From the NCBI RefSeq assembly GCF_006345805.1, contig NC_043000.1, positions 23,560,001-23,624,000 of the forward strand: a DNA stretch of 64,000 nucleotides, read 5' to 3'. A program made the position numbers and the translations under genes. Below are positions 53,235 through 64,000 of the stretch, piece by piece. The stretch's first letter is position 1. Each line of letters opens with the position of its first letter. Below the pieces are notes generated by a model. That model was not told where the DNA came from. It saw only the letters and a program-made list of their open reading frames with translations, and ran no database searches. This stretch comes from Octopus sinensis. Taxonomy: Eukaryota.

Positions 53235-53530
53235 AGATGGCCATGTCGAAGCCCCTTCTCTCCTCTCTCCTCTCTCCCTCTCTCCTTCCTCTCTCCTCTC
53301 TTTCACTCCTTACTCTCCACTCTCTTACTCCCTCCGCTCTCCCCTCTCTTACTCTCCCCTATCTCATTCCCTCCTTGCACCTCCTCTCTCACTCTCATTT
53401 TTCTCACTCCCTACTCTCTCCCCCTCTCCCTCCTTCCTCTCCTCTCTTACTCCGTCACTCCCTTTCTCCTCACTCTCCACCCTCTCCAACTCTTTCCTTC
53501 ACCCCCTCCATACCTCCTTTCTCTTCTCAT
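53235..53530. repeat. About 300-nt polypyrimidine (CT-rich) low-complexity tract
   Basis: Almost exclusively C and T on the plus strand. Confidence 0.9.
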
Positions 53531-53929
53531 TGCTAAATTTACTCCCTTCTGAAACAATACATTGTTAGATCCATTGCTATTCATTACAAGATGACAGATA
53601 TTGTATTTCAAGCTTTGAATATTTATTTTTCAGTTGTTTGACATCAATTGATGGCTGACAATTAACTTCCCTAGTGTTAGATTATCTCAAGTGAGTGAAA
53701 ACAAACACCTTCATGAGTAGGATCCCACTGCTACTATTTTAGAATATTCAAGTGCTTGTCTGTATACACACATTACTATTACAACTACACACACACACAC
53801 ACCACACACACATACTATTCTAGAATGTATAGCCACATTACTACACATACATGCACACTATGTTTGTACACAATATTGTGCACACACACTCACGCTATGC
53901 TTTACTACACATTCTCATATTCTGCTTGC

Positions 53930-54432
53930 GAAGACCTGTTGAGGCAAGTGAAATCGAAATGGAACCAAATTCAATGACTGGCACCTGTGCCACTGGAGTG
54001 CTAACAGCTCCATCTAAGCGGGATCTCTGCCAGAGCAGCTGTCTGGCTTTCGTGCCGGTGGCACATAAAAAGCACCATTTGAGCAGGATCATTACCAGTG
54101 TCACCTTACTGGCACTTGTGTCAGTGGCACATGAACAAAACATTTGAGCGAAGTCGTTGCCAGTGTTGCTAGACTGTCTACTGTGCAGGTGGTACGTAAA
54201 AAACACCATTTGAGTGTGGCTGTTGCCAGTACTGCCTGACTGGCCCTCGTTCTGGTGGCACTTAAAAGCACCCCCTACACTCTCAGAGTGGTTGGCGTTA
54301 GGAAGAGCATCCAGCTGTAGAAACTCTGTCAGATCAGATTGGAGCCTGGTGCAGCCATCTGGTTCGCCAGTCCTCAGTTAAATCGTCCAACCCATGCTAG
54401 CATGGAAAGCGAATGTTAAATGATGGTGATGA
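53930..54432 (+). mobile_element. RTE family-1 3' UTR (long)
   Basis: Same modules and tail as 57079-57608. Confidence 0.85.
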
Positions 54433-56634
54433 TGCATACTATGTTACTACATACAGTCACATACTACACACACACACACACTGCTAGTATATTCTTTTCT
54501 ACTCTAGGCACAAGGCCCGAAATTTTGGGGGTGGGCGCCAGTTGATTATATCGACCCCAGTGCTCAACGTGTACTTAATTTATCGACCCCAAAAGGATGA
54601 AAGGCAAAGTTGACCATGGTAGAATTTGAACTCAAAACGTAAAGACAGAAGAAATGCTGCTAAGCATTTCGCCCAACGTGCTAGCGATTCTGCCAGCTTG
54701 CCGCCTTGGCATGCATAGATATTCTTTTCTACTCTAGGCACAAGGACCAGAATTTTGGGGGAGGGGACCTGTTGATTAGATTGACCCCAGTACACAACTG
54801 GTACTTAATTTATGGACCCCCCCGAAAGGATGAAAGGCAAAGTTGACTTCAGCAGAATTTGAACTCAGAACATAAAGACAGACAAAATATCACTAAGCAT
54901 TTTGCCTGGTGTGCTAATGTTTCTGCCAGCTCACCGCCTAACACTGCTAGTATATTGTCACATTACTACACTCAAGTCGATTTATTTTTTTTATAATATA
55001 TCATTGTTAATATCAGGAAATCAATATTAGAAAATTCTTCAGAAAGATATATCATCATCATCATCATCATCATCATTTAACGTCCGTTTTCCGCGCTAGC
55101 ACGGGTTGGACGGTTTCGACCGGGGTCTGGGGAGCTCGGGACTGCCCCAGGCTCCAGTCTAGTCTGGCAGTGTTTCTACAGCTGGATGCCCTTCCTAACG
55201 CCAACCACTCCGCGAGTGTAGTGGGTGTTTTTTACGTGCCACCTGCACAGGTATACGTGTGTAAAATAATTGTTGTATTAAAAATATAAATATGTATAAA
55301 AATATATGTAAATATGTTAAAGTATAAATATATAATGTATATGATACTTTAAAAGTTTTGAATTAAGTTTACACACATGTACATTTAGTCACACTACACT
55401 TGCACTACGCTAGTACTTATAGACACATTACTACAAACATACATACTTAACTAGTTATATAGTCACACACTAAGCTCATACACACACTATACTAGCATCT
55501 AATCATGTTAATACACACATACATACACTTGTGAAGGTGCACGGCCTAGTGGTTATGGTGTTGCACTCACAATTGCTAGATTGTGAGTTCAGTTCCTGGA
55601 TCAGGCAGTGTGTTGTGCTGCAATCATTTCGACATCTGACACATGGCACACTTCTGCACCTGCACAGGCAATGACGATTTGATGGAGGGGGCACGTAAAA
55701 AGCACCAACTGATCGTGGCCGTTGCCAGCCTCGCCTGGCACGTAAAAAGCACCCACTACACTCACGGAGTGGTTGTCGTTAGGAAGGGCATCCAGCTGTA
55801 GAAACACTGCCAAATCAGACTGGAGCCTGGTGCAGCCTCCTGGCTTCCCAGACCCCGATCGAACCATCCAACCCATGCTAGCATGGAAACTGGATGTTAA
55901 ACGATAATGATGATGATAATGAATGAGCTGACATACAGCACATACATTTGATCATTATAAACGAATCAGTTATGCAGGTCGCTCAACAAAAACTGAACAC
56001 TTGTACACCGTCTGTGACAGGAGATTCCATTACATACACTAGTATACATATAGTTGTTGCTATACTCACGACTGTGCTAGTACATATAGCCATACACACA
56101 CACAAATTGTATTAGCGCATATAGTCATATTACCACACACACTCGCACTCTGTTTCTCTTCATCACAGTTTCAAGGGCTGTAACTTAATCCAGCAGATTT
56201 TAATCTTTATGCACCAAAATTGTATTATGCTAGTTAAGAGCTGTGCAAAATAGCAGAGGCTGTAGAGAGCTGTATTTGGTGTGTTTGAGTATTGAGACTG
56301 GTACCTTGCTGTGTCAACCTTGTCTTTCAGCCTTCCTGGGCCAATAAAATAGATTCTTTTAATAGTTTGCCTGTCTCAGCCATTGGACTCCAGGCCATGC
56401 TGGAGTGTTGTCTTGAAGAATTTTGGTTGATCAAATCAACCTCAGAACTTATTTTTTAATTCTAGTACTTTTTCTATTGGTCCCTTTTTTTTTTTTTGCC
56501 AAACTGCTAAGTTGCAAGGATGTAAACAAACTCATCCTCCTCTCACACCCAGGAGGCACTACTGTCCAGTTTGAGAAGCCCTGACACAGAGGCTCCCCAC
56601 CAGTTTTTTTTTATTATTTATTACAAGAGTTTAC

Positions 56635-57608
56635 AGAGTAAAAGGCAGACTGTATGATGCGTGTGTACGAACAGCCATGCTACATGGCAGTGAAACATAG
56701 GCCGTGACTGCTGAGGATATGCATAAGCTCGCAAGAAATGAAGCCAGTATGCTCCGATGGATGTGTAATGCCAGTACTCATACTCGGCAGAGTGTAAGTA
56801 CCTTGAGAGAAAAGCTGGACCTAAGAAGCATCAGTTGTGGTGTGCAAGAGAGACGTTTGCGCTGGTATGGGCATGTGGCGAGAATGGATGAAGATAGTTG
56901 TGTGAAAAAGTGCCACACCCTAGCGGTTGAGGGAACCTGTGGAAGAGGCAGACCCAGGAGAACCTGGGACGAGGTGGTGAAGTACAACCTTCGAACTTTA
57001 GGTCTCACTGAGGAAAATACTAGAGACCGAGATCTCTGGAAGTGTGCTGTGCACGAGAAGACCCGGCAGGACAAGTGAGACCATAACCCGTGGCCTTCTA
57101 CATGGGATGGAGCCAGCCTATGTATGCATACCTTCCCTTCTTGGGACACAAAACTCTACTTGTGAAGACCTGTTGAGGCAAGTGAGAATCAGAATCGAAA
57201 TCGATCAATGGAAATTGCAGATGAGTTACCAGTGCTGGTGGCATGTAAGAGAACCATCCATTCGTGACCATTGCCAGTGCCGCCCCGACTGGCCTCGTGC
57301 CGGTGGCACGTAAAAAGCACCATCTGTTCGTGTCCGTTGCCAACCTCGCCTGGCCCCCGTGCCGGTGGCACATAAAAGCACCATCCGTTCGTGGCCGTTT
57401 GCCAGCTCTGTCTGGCACCTGTGCAGGTGGCACGTAAAAAGCACCCACTACACTCACGGAGTGGTTGGCGTTAGGAAGGGCATCCAGCTGTAGAAACACT
57501 GCCAGATCTGACTGGGCCTGATGAAGCCTTCCGGCTTCACAGACCCCAGTTGAACCGTCCAACCCATGCTAGTATGGAAAACGGACGCTAAACGATGATG
57601 ATGATGAT
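56635..57608 (+). mobile_element. 5'-truncated RTE-clade LINE (family 1): ORF C-terminus plus about 530-nt 3' UTR and (GAT)n tail
   Basis: RVKGRLYDACVRTAMLHGSET*AV...LRWYGHVARM...GRGRPRRTWDEVV...LW is a typical RTE C-terminal domain, with a premature TAG at 56698-56700. The UTR has repeated gtgccggtggcacgtaaaaagcacc modules, then ggaagggcatccagctgtagaaac and gatgatgat. Confidence 0.9.
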
Positions 57609-58113
57609 AAGTATTTTTTTGTGTTCTTTTATGTGACACTCCAGTTTTTTGATCTGTTGGATATTAGAATCAAATCTGGGAATCTTGTAAATATTTACAT
57701 GCTGTCCAATAAGAGATTATTCCTTTACTTGTTTAGCACTACTAGCTCCATAGTTAAACAGAACTTATCTATGAACTTGTGTGACTCATAGAGACCTTTT
57801 TTGTTTGTTGGTTTTAATTTTTTTTTATTGCTTCCGCTTGTTTGCAAAAATTGGCCTCATGCCTAATGTAGAAACAAACTTTCCATGCAAACATGTCATT
57901 TTGCTATTAAAGCTTCATTTTAGTCTGTTAGCTGCTATCATCTAATCACTGATATTCCACAGAACATTTGCGAACTTAGAATTGGTTTCATCTTCATCAG
58001 ATTTGCTGCCTCAACTTCATATTGTCCAATATTGTACTTTGTTTTCCTTCAAAATCACTTTGTATTTTTTCTTTATTTTGTGTGTGTGTGTGTGTGAGCA
58101 TGAGCATATGTGT

Positions 58114-58145
<32 letters not shown>

Positions 58146-58258
58146 CGTCTTCAAGTGTGTATGTATGTGTTGTATTCAAGTGCATATTGTGTCTATATAT
58201 ATATACATATATGTGTGTGTGTGTGTGTTGTATTCAACAATGTTTCTCTATCTTTTAG

Positions 58259-58355
58259 AATGGAGTCTGAATGGGGGGATCGATGGAGTCATCTCAAAAA
58301 AATTCTAGAAAGATCTGGACCATTCACTCATTCTGACTTTGAACCAAGTCCAGAG
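58259..58355 (+). CDS. UBA3: NEDD8-activating enzyme E1 catalytic subunit, internal exon (97 nt)
   Basis: Acceptor tttctctatcttttag|A ATG GAG and donor GAG|gttagt. Translation [32 protein letters not shown] matches human UBA3 [29 protein letters not shown]. Confidence 0.92.
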
Positions 58356-58539
58356 GTTAGTACTGTGTTGTTTGTTTTTACTTTGTATTATTTTTTTAAA
58401 AACAAAATGCTATTTTTTTTTGTTGTTGTTTTAAAAATTCATTCAATACAAGTTTTTGTTTTTTAAAAAAAATTCTTTTTCGCCTAATGTAGACAATCAA
58501 GAAAAAATTGCTAGGAAAATCAACATATGTTGTAGATTA

Positions 58540-58820
58540 GTAGGTGTCACGTGATCGATGAACCAGGCTATCAGATGTTGTTACACATCACTGGTCACAG
58601 TACACTTTGCATCATTATTGATTCTGAAGGATGCTACCCTGCTGGCTAGGCATGCAAGCCAACATTCCCGATTAGAAGGCTAGTCTGCCACAGGATTAGT
58701 CATTTACAGCTGAGTGGACTGGAGCAACATGAAATGAAATATTTTGCTCAAAAATTCCACACATGCCCAGTCCAGGAATCATAAGTGCAGCACCCTGACC
58801 ACTAACCCACATACCTTCAC
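58540..58820 (-). mobile_element. Old tRNA-derived SINE (Nin/Deu-domain-like) in the UBA3 intron; a related head is at about 55530-55690(+)
   Basis: Contains catttacagctgagtggactggagcaacatgaaatgaaatattttgctcaa and a degenerate tRNA head on the minus strand. Confidence 0.5.
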
Positions 58821-60803
58821 AGATTAATAGATATACTCTCAACAAATTGAGGATGGAATCCTGTTTCAAATCTCCATTGGAGCAACTGGATCCTTATTGT
58901 CCTTGCTTGGAAATTGGTGAAGGTTGGTGACAGGAGAAGCATCTGGTTGTAAGAAAATCTGCCTCAACTGAAATCTGTCTGACCCCTGCAAGCATGGTAA
59001 AGTCAGTGTTATGATGATGATGATACACAGACACTGACGTCACACGCAATTATGTCAAGGTAATAGTTTCCTTGTATTTTTACGAGGATTTTCTCAGCTT
59101 AAAACGTTCAGAGTCCAGACCATCAGTTTAGAGATTAGCTGAATTCCAGACTGCAAGCAAATTAAGTTTTAAACTAATGCTCCACTCCTTCAGAAAGAAG
59201 AAAAAAGAGAGGAAAAAAAACCCCAACAAAAACAAAGAATATCTAAAGAAGTTAATTATTTTGCTAAAGAACTCATCAATCATCCCATTGTTGACAGACT
59301 GCTGAAAAGTCTATCAGAATAAAAGAGCATTAAATTTCATTGATCTTTTGAAGTAATTTTTAGAAAGCAAAAGTGTTAATCTAAGATTATTTTGGAGTTT
59401 TTGTTTTTTTTGGCACTGTATGCTGTTCTTAATCCTTCGTCACAATAACAGACATTCATTTAGTTAAGAACTTATTATTATTGTTGTTGTTGTTGTTATA
59501 AAGGTAGTGAGCTGGCAGAGCCAGGTAAAATACTTAGTGGTATTTTGTCTGTCTTTACATTCTGAGTTCAAATTTTGCTGAGGTTTTCTTTGCCTTGCAT
59601 CCTTTTGGGGTCGATAAATTAAGTACCAGTTGTATATTGGGGTGGATCTAATCAACTGGCTCCCTCCCCAAAAATTTCGGGCCTTGTGCCTAGAGTAGAA
59701 AAGATTATTGTTATTCTCATAAGTGCAGGTGTTGCTGTGTGGTAAGAAGCTTGGTTCCAGGTTGAGTCCCACTGCATGGCCCTTTGTGCAAGTATCCTCT
59801 ACTATAGCCCCAGGCTGACCAAAGCTTTGTGAGTGGGTTTATTAGATGGAAACTGAAAGCTCATCATCATATATATATTGGGTCATCCCATAAATAATGC
59901 ATTTTTTCCAATTGTATGAACTAAATGTCGGAAAGGGATGGGATAAACTGTCTGTATTAGTCTGCGTTGTTGCCTTTATTGAACTCATTGAACTTATTGA
60001 AGCAAAATATGCCAAATATGCTCCTTTGTTACTTCCATTATAGCTTTGGAAAAATAACTGTTAAAATTGAACTTCACCCTTCAAAACTTGCACTAAGAAT
60101 GAGGACAAGGTAAAATTACTATCTGCATTTATATGTTTAAAGTCCATCTTCCATGGTGCCATAGGTTGAACAGTTTGACAGGAGTCGTTGAGTCAGAGGA
60201 CTGTGCCAAGCTCCAATGTCTGCTTTGGCATGGTTTCTGTGGTTGAATTCCCTTCCTAACACCAACCACTTCACAGAATGTACTGGGTGTTTTTTACATT
60301 CACTGACACTACATCACCAAGTAACTTGCAAGGCAAGACCCCCCACCACTCAACCGAGGCATTGTGGGAGATGGCTTTATGCTAGGTGATGAGTTTAGAG
60401 TATGATAGAGTGACAGAAACAGGTGTCTTGCTGTAGAAGAAATAATGGCTACCCCACTTGGAAAAGGAAAGAAGTTAGTGAAGGTTTCACGGTGTACCCT
60501 TAAGTTATAGGGAGGTGAACAGAAGGGAAGTGGCCCAGAGGACCCAGCTGAATGAATGGGTACGTAAGCTCACATGACTGACAGAAACATAAAAGAGGTG
60601 AATAAAAGTGAAAAAATAAATAAAATAGAATAAAAGCACCAATTGCTAAATAGTTTCTAAAGTAGACAATTTTAAATCACTGGTTTGAACTTAGCAATAA
60701 CCATGGCCACAAGTGCAAGAACATTGAAAGATTAAATTCCAAGCTTTATTTGTGATTTATTTCTATAATAAATTCTGTTTTTTCATCAATTTTACTCTTT
60801 CAG

Positions 60804-60884
60804 ACATTAATTTTCCTACAAGAAACCTTCCGTATACTTATTGTTGGTGCTGGAGGTTTAGGCTGTGAACTTCTAAAAAATTTG
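60804..60884 (+). CDS. UBA3: NEDD8-activating enzyme E1 catalytic subunit, next exon (81 nt, phase 0-0)
   Basis: Acceptor tttactctttcag| and donor TTG|gtaagt. Translation TLIFLQETFRILIVGAGGLGCELLKNL carries the E1 nucleotide-binding motif GAGGLGCELLK and joins in frame to the previous exon. Confidence 0.95.
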
Positions 60885-60931
60885 GTAAGTGCATTTATAT
60901 TTTATGAGCTTGTTGATAATTTTCACAGAAA

Positions 60932-60969
<38 letters not shown>

Positions 60970-61964
60970 GAACTTATATCTGAAGTAGGTTTACTTTTTG
61001 TCTTGACTTATTGGTTTGAATTATACTTGGGTCAATTCTTGAAGTGTTTTGTTGGATTAGAAATGTCCAGACTGAGATGTTATTATTGCTAATTGCTTTT
61101 GTAAACATATTCTGTTGTGTCTGGGGAGAGTCATTTTCTTTTTGTGCCTTATAATGTAACACACACACACACTGGTAAAATTTCCACTTTTTTTCTTATT
61201 TTTATTTTCCTAAAATTTTCATTGTGCTTTGCAACCTTTTCAATAGCTTTGACTCTGTCTGTTATAGTTTTTTAATATTCCAAATTTCCAGAGTGTCTCT
61301 GCCAGCTTCAGGAATCTCTTCAACTCATCGTCAGTTTAATAAAAGATCAACAACTTGAATTATTAATAGAAAGCCATTAATGAACCACTTGAATTAATCA
61401 TTTCCAAATGTTTAAAATCTTCTGTGACTTGTCATCATCTTGCTATGAGGTACTCTCAACACAGATACATCATTATTTGATATTCATTTCGTCTTTTACT
61501 GGTCTCAGTCATTGATTTATGACCATGCTGGGCTACCACCTTGAAAGATTTAATCTTTCATACTGAGATCATCATAATCATTGTTGTCATCATCCTCATC
61601 ATGTCTGCTAGCATGAGTCTGATGGGTTGTTACAGTCAGAGTTTGTTCTCATTTTGGAGTTATGATCCTCTAAGGTAGAGCAGAAATCATGTATTGTTTT
61701 AATGTTACATGCTTTCTGCAGCTAGATACCCGCCAATCATTTTACAGAATGTACTAGATGCATTTCGTTGTTGCACCCACATTACAGAGGTTGTCATACC
61801 CTTGTCAAGACTAAAAGATTCTCTCACAATATCTTACAATTAGGTAAATTTTTGTCACAGCACCAGTGAAGCTGCTGAAGATTCCTCACTGTCCTGGACA
61901 CATATATAACTGATATTAATAAAAGAAAACCAGCAGTACCCATAAAAATTCTGCAGTTATTTTG

Positions 61965-62275
61965 TGTGCTGGTGGCACATGAAAAAACATTTGAGCGAGG
62001 TTGTTGCCAGTGCCGCTGAACTGGCTCCTGTGCAGGTGGCACATAAAAAACACCATTTGAGCGTGGCTGTTGCCAGTACTGCCTGACTGGCCCTCATGCC
62101 AGTGGCATGTAAAAGCACCCACTACACTCTCGGAATGGTTAGGAAGGGCATCCAGCTGTAGAAACTCTGCCAGATCAGATTGGAGCCTGGTGCAGCCATC
62201 TGGTTCGCCAGTCCTCAGTCAAATCATCCAACCCATGCTAACATGGAAAGCGGACGTTAAACGATGATGATGAGT
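61965..62275 (+). mobile_element. RTE family-1 3' UTR fragment
   Basis: Same modules and tail as 57079-57608. Confidence 0.85.
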
Positions 62276-63574
62276 TACATATAACTGGCCATGAGAAAAC
62301 TGACCTTCAACTAATTAAAACGTCTGTCTTTGCTAGATTTACTTTGAAGTGTTTTTATGGTTAGTTTTCTGTCAAAGTTTTAAAATTACGTCTCTAAACC
62401 CTTGACAAATTCAACTATGAGAATAGGTTATTTTTATGGAGGAGTTACCATGGTTTCTGTCTTAAATTCCTGGAGAACTATAATAAACAACAGTTGGTTG
62501 AAATCTAAACCCTGATGGACTCCTAGTTGCATGCTAAGTTTTTCATTGGACCAAATTCAATCACAATGCATTGGTCAGCCTAAGGCTACAATAGAAGACA
62601 CTTGCCCAAAGTGTTGTGCAATGAAAGTACATGGTTGCAAAGCAAGCCTTTTAACCACACAGCTGTGCCTACTTCATGATGAGAGAAAAAAATATGTTTT
62701 TGGAAATTGAATATTTACACTTGAAAAATATTTTTTTATTTTAAATGTTATAGCTGGGTTGGTGTTTGTTTCTGTTAGGTCTTTAATTGCTGAAATAACC
62801 AAAAACTCAAAATTTAAGACCGTAGTAACTTTTGTTTTTTTTCCTCCTGGAATATTAAACACCAATATTTGGTAGAAATTGAGACAGAATATTAAAGGTG
62901 GTTTGCTAAATAAGCAGCTTGAGTTTTGATCAGATCAGCACCAGGTTTTTTTGTAAATATATCTTTTTTTTTATTGCTAGCTAATATAAACCAAATAAGT
63001 CTAAAGACAAACATATTCTGAAGAATCTCCTAGCAACATCATGAGCACAACTGATCTAAATGTTTTTTTGATATTTTCCAAGTGGAGTTAATTGAAATAG
63101 TCAATTTTAAAGGTGATGATAATTAACAAAAATCTTGATCTGATATACATCTAGGAAGCTCATGGTTTTATAGTTTTTTTAGGGGGTGGTCTATGTTGTC
63201 TATATTCTGTAGAATTAAGACTTCCGACCTCTTGAGAATTAGGAATTCTCATTCTCTAAAGACAGATGCTTTCAACAATAATAATTTCATTTACTTTACA
63301 TGTTAATGTAGAATGTGGCATATTTTTTTAAATGCAAGAAAGCTGCAACTGGTGATGATTTATTTGTTCAATGTGCATTTCATTACATTATGGTTTACAA
63401 AATATATTTTACAGTATGTTTTTATGTAGCCTCAGCACTGATGAAACAGACCTAGTAGGAATGCATATTTTTCTCTCAACTAGTACAAAGCCACAACCAC
63501 TCAATACTACTTCTCACTCCCAGTTAAGGGGGTTTTGATTTGCAAGATACTTGGGGCTCCTGTGCTGATACTAG

Positions 63575-63993
63575 TTCCATGTAAAAAGTGCTGGTGCCAT
63601 GTAAAAAACGCCAGTACTACATAAAAAGCACCTAGTTCCACATAAAAAGCACCCAGTGCTACATAAAAAGCACTCAGTGCCACATAAAAAGCACCCAGTG
63701 CCACATAAAAAGCACTCAGTGCCACATAAAAAGCACCCAGTGCCACATAAAAAGCACCCAGTGCCACATAAAAAGCACCCAGGGCCACATAAAAAGCACC
63801 CAAGGCCACATAAAAAGCACCCAGTGCCACATAAAAAGCACTCAGTGCCACATAAAAAGCACCCAGTGCCACATAAAAAGCACCCAGTGCCACATAAAAA
63901 GCACCCAGGGCCACATAAAAAGCACCCAAGGCCACATAAAAAGCACCCAGTGCCACATAAAAAGCACCCAGTGTCACATAAAAAGCACCCAGT
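63575..63993. repeat. Minisatellite, about 19 units of 21 nt (gccacataaaaagcacccagt), with a 126-bp higher-order repeat
   Basis: Units were read directly. Variant units recur 126 bp apart (agggcc at 63781 and 63907; ctcagt at 63715 and 63841). Confidence 0.95.
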
Positions 63994-64000
63994 ACACTCT

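Noticed and set aside
63507-63977. 156-aa ORF of LGAFYVA repeats
   Set aside because: It is the translation of a 21-nt minisatellite on the antisense strand of a UBA3 intron.

Overview
AT-rich, repeat-dense animal DNA. The repeat repertoire looks like an octopus (coleoid cephalopod) genome, which is an inference from pattern recognition. Only three exons are convincingly protein-coding. The first is exon 1 of a PRA1-family gene (ARL6IP5/PRAF3-like, minus strand, 13771-13590). The other two are internal exons of UBA3, the NEDD8-activating enzyme catalytic subunit (plus strand, 58259-58355 and 60804-60884). The two genes point away from each other, as UBA3 and ARL6IP5 do in human. Almost all other ORFs in the track are repeat or microsatellite artefacts. 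The rest of the window is intron or intergenic space filled with 5'-truncated RTE-clade LINEs (at least three families), several tRNA-derived SINE families, MITEs, a Helitron-like element, an R4/Dong-like fragment and minisatellites spawned from LINE sequence. The most striking hidden structure is a set of about ten hammerhead-ribozyme (HHR) motifs of the minimal Penelope-like type, several inside long inverted repeats. Across families the core 3-8 base pair appears as C-G, U-A and G-C. The best-preserved copies mostly lie antisense to the presumed host transcripts. All folds were done by eye, no database searches were run, and repeat boundaries are approximate.
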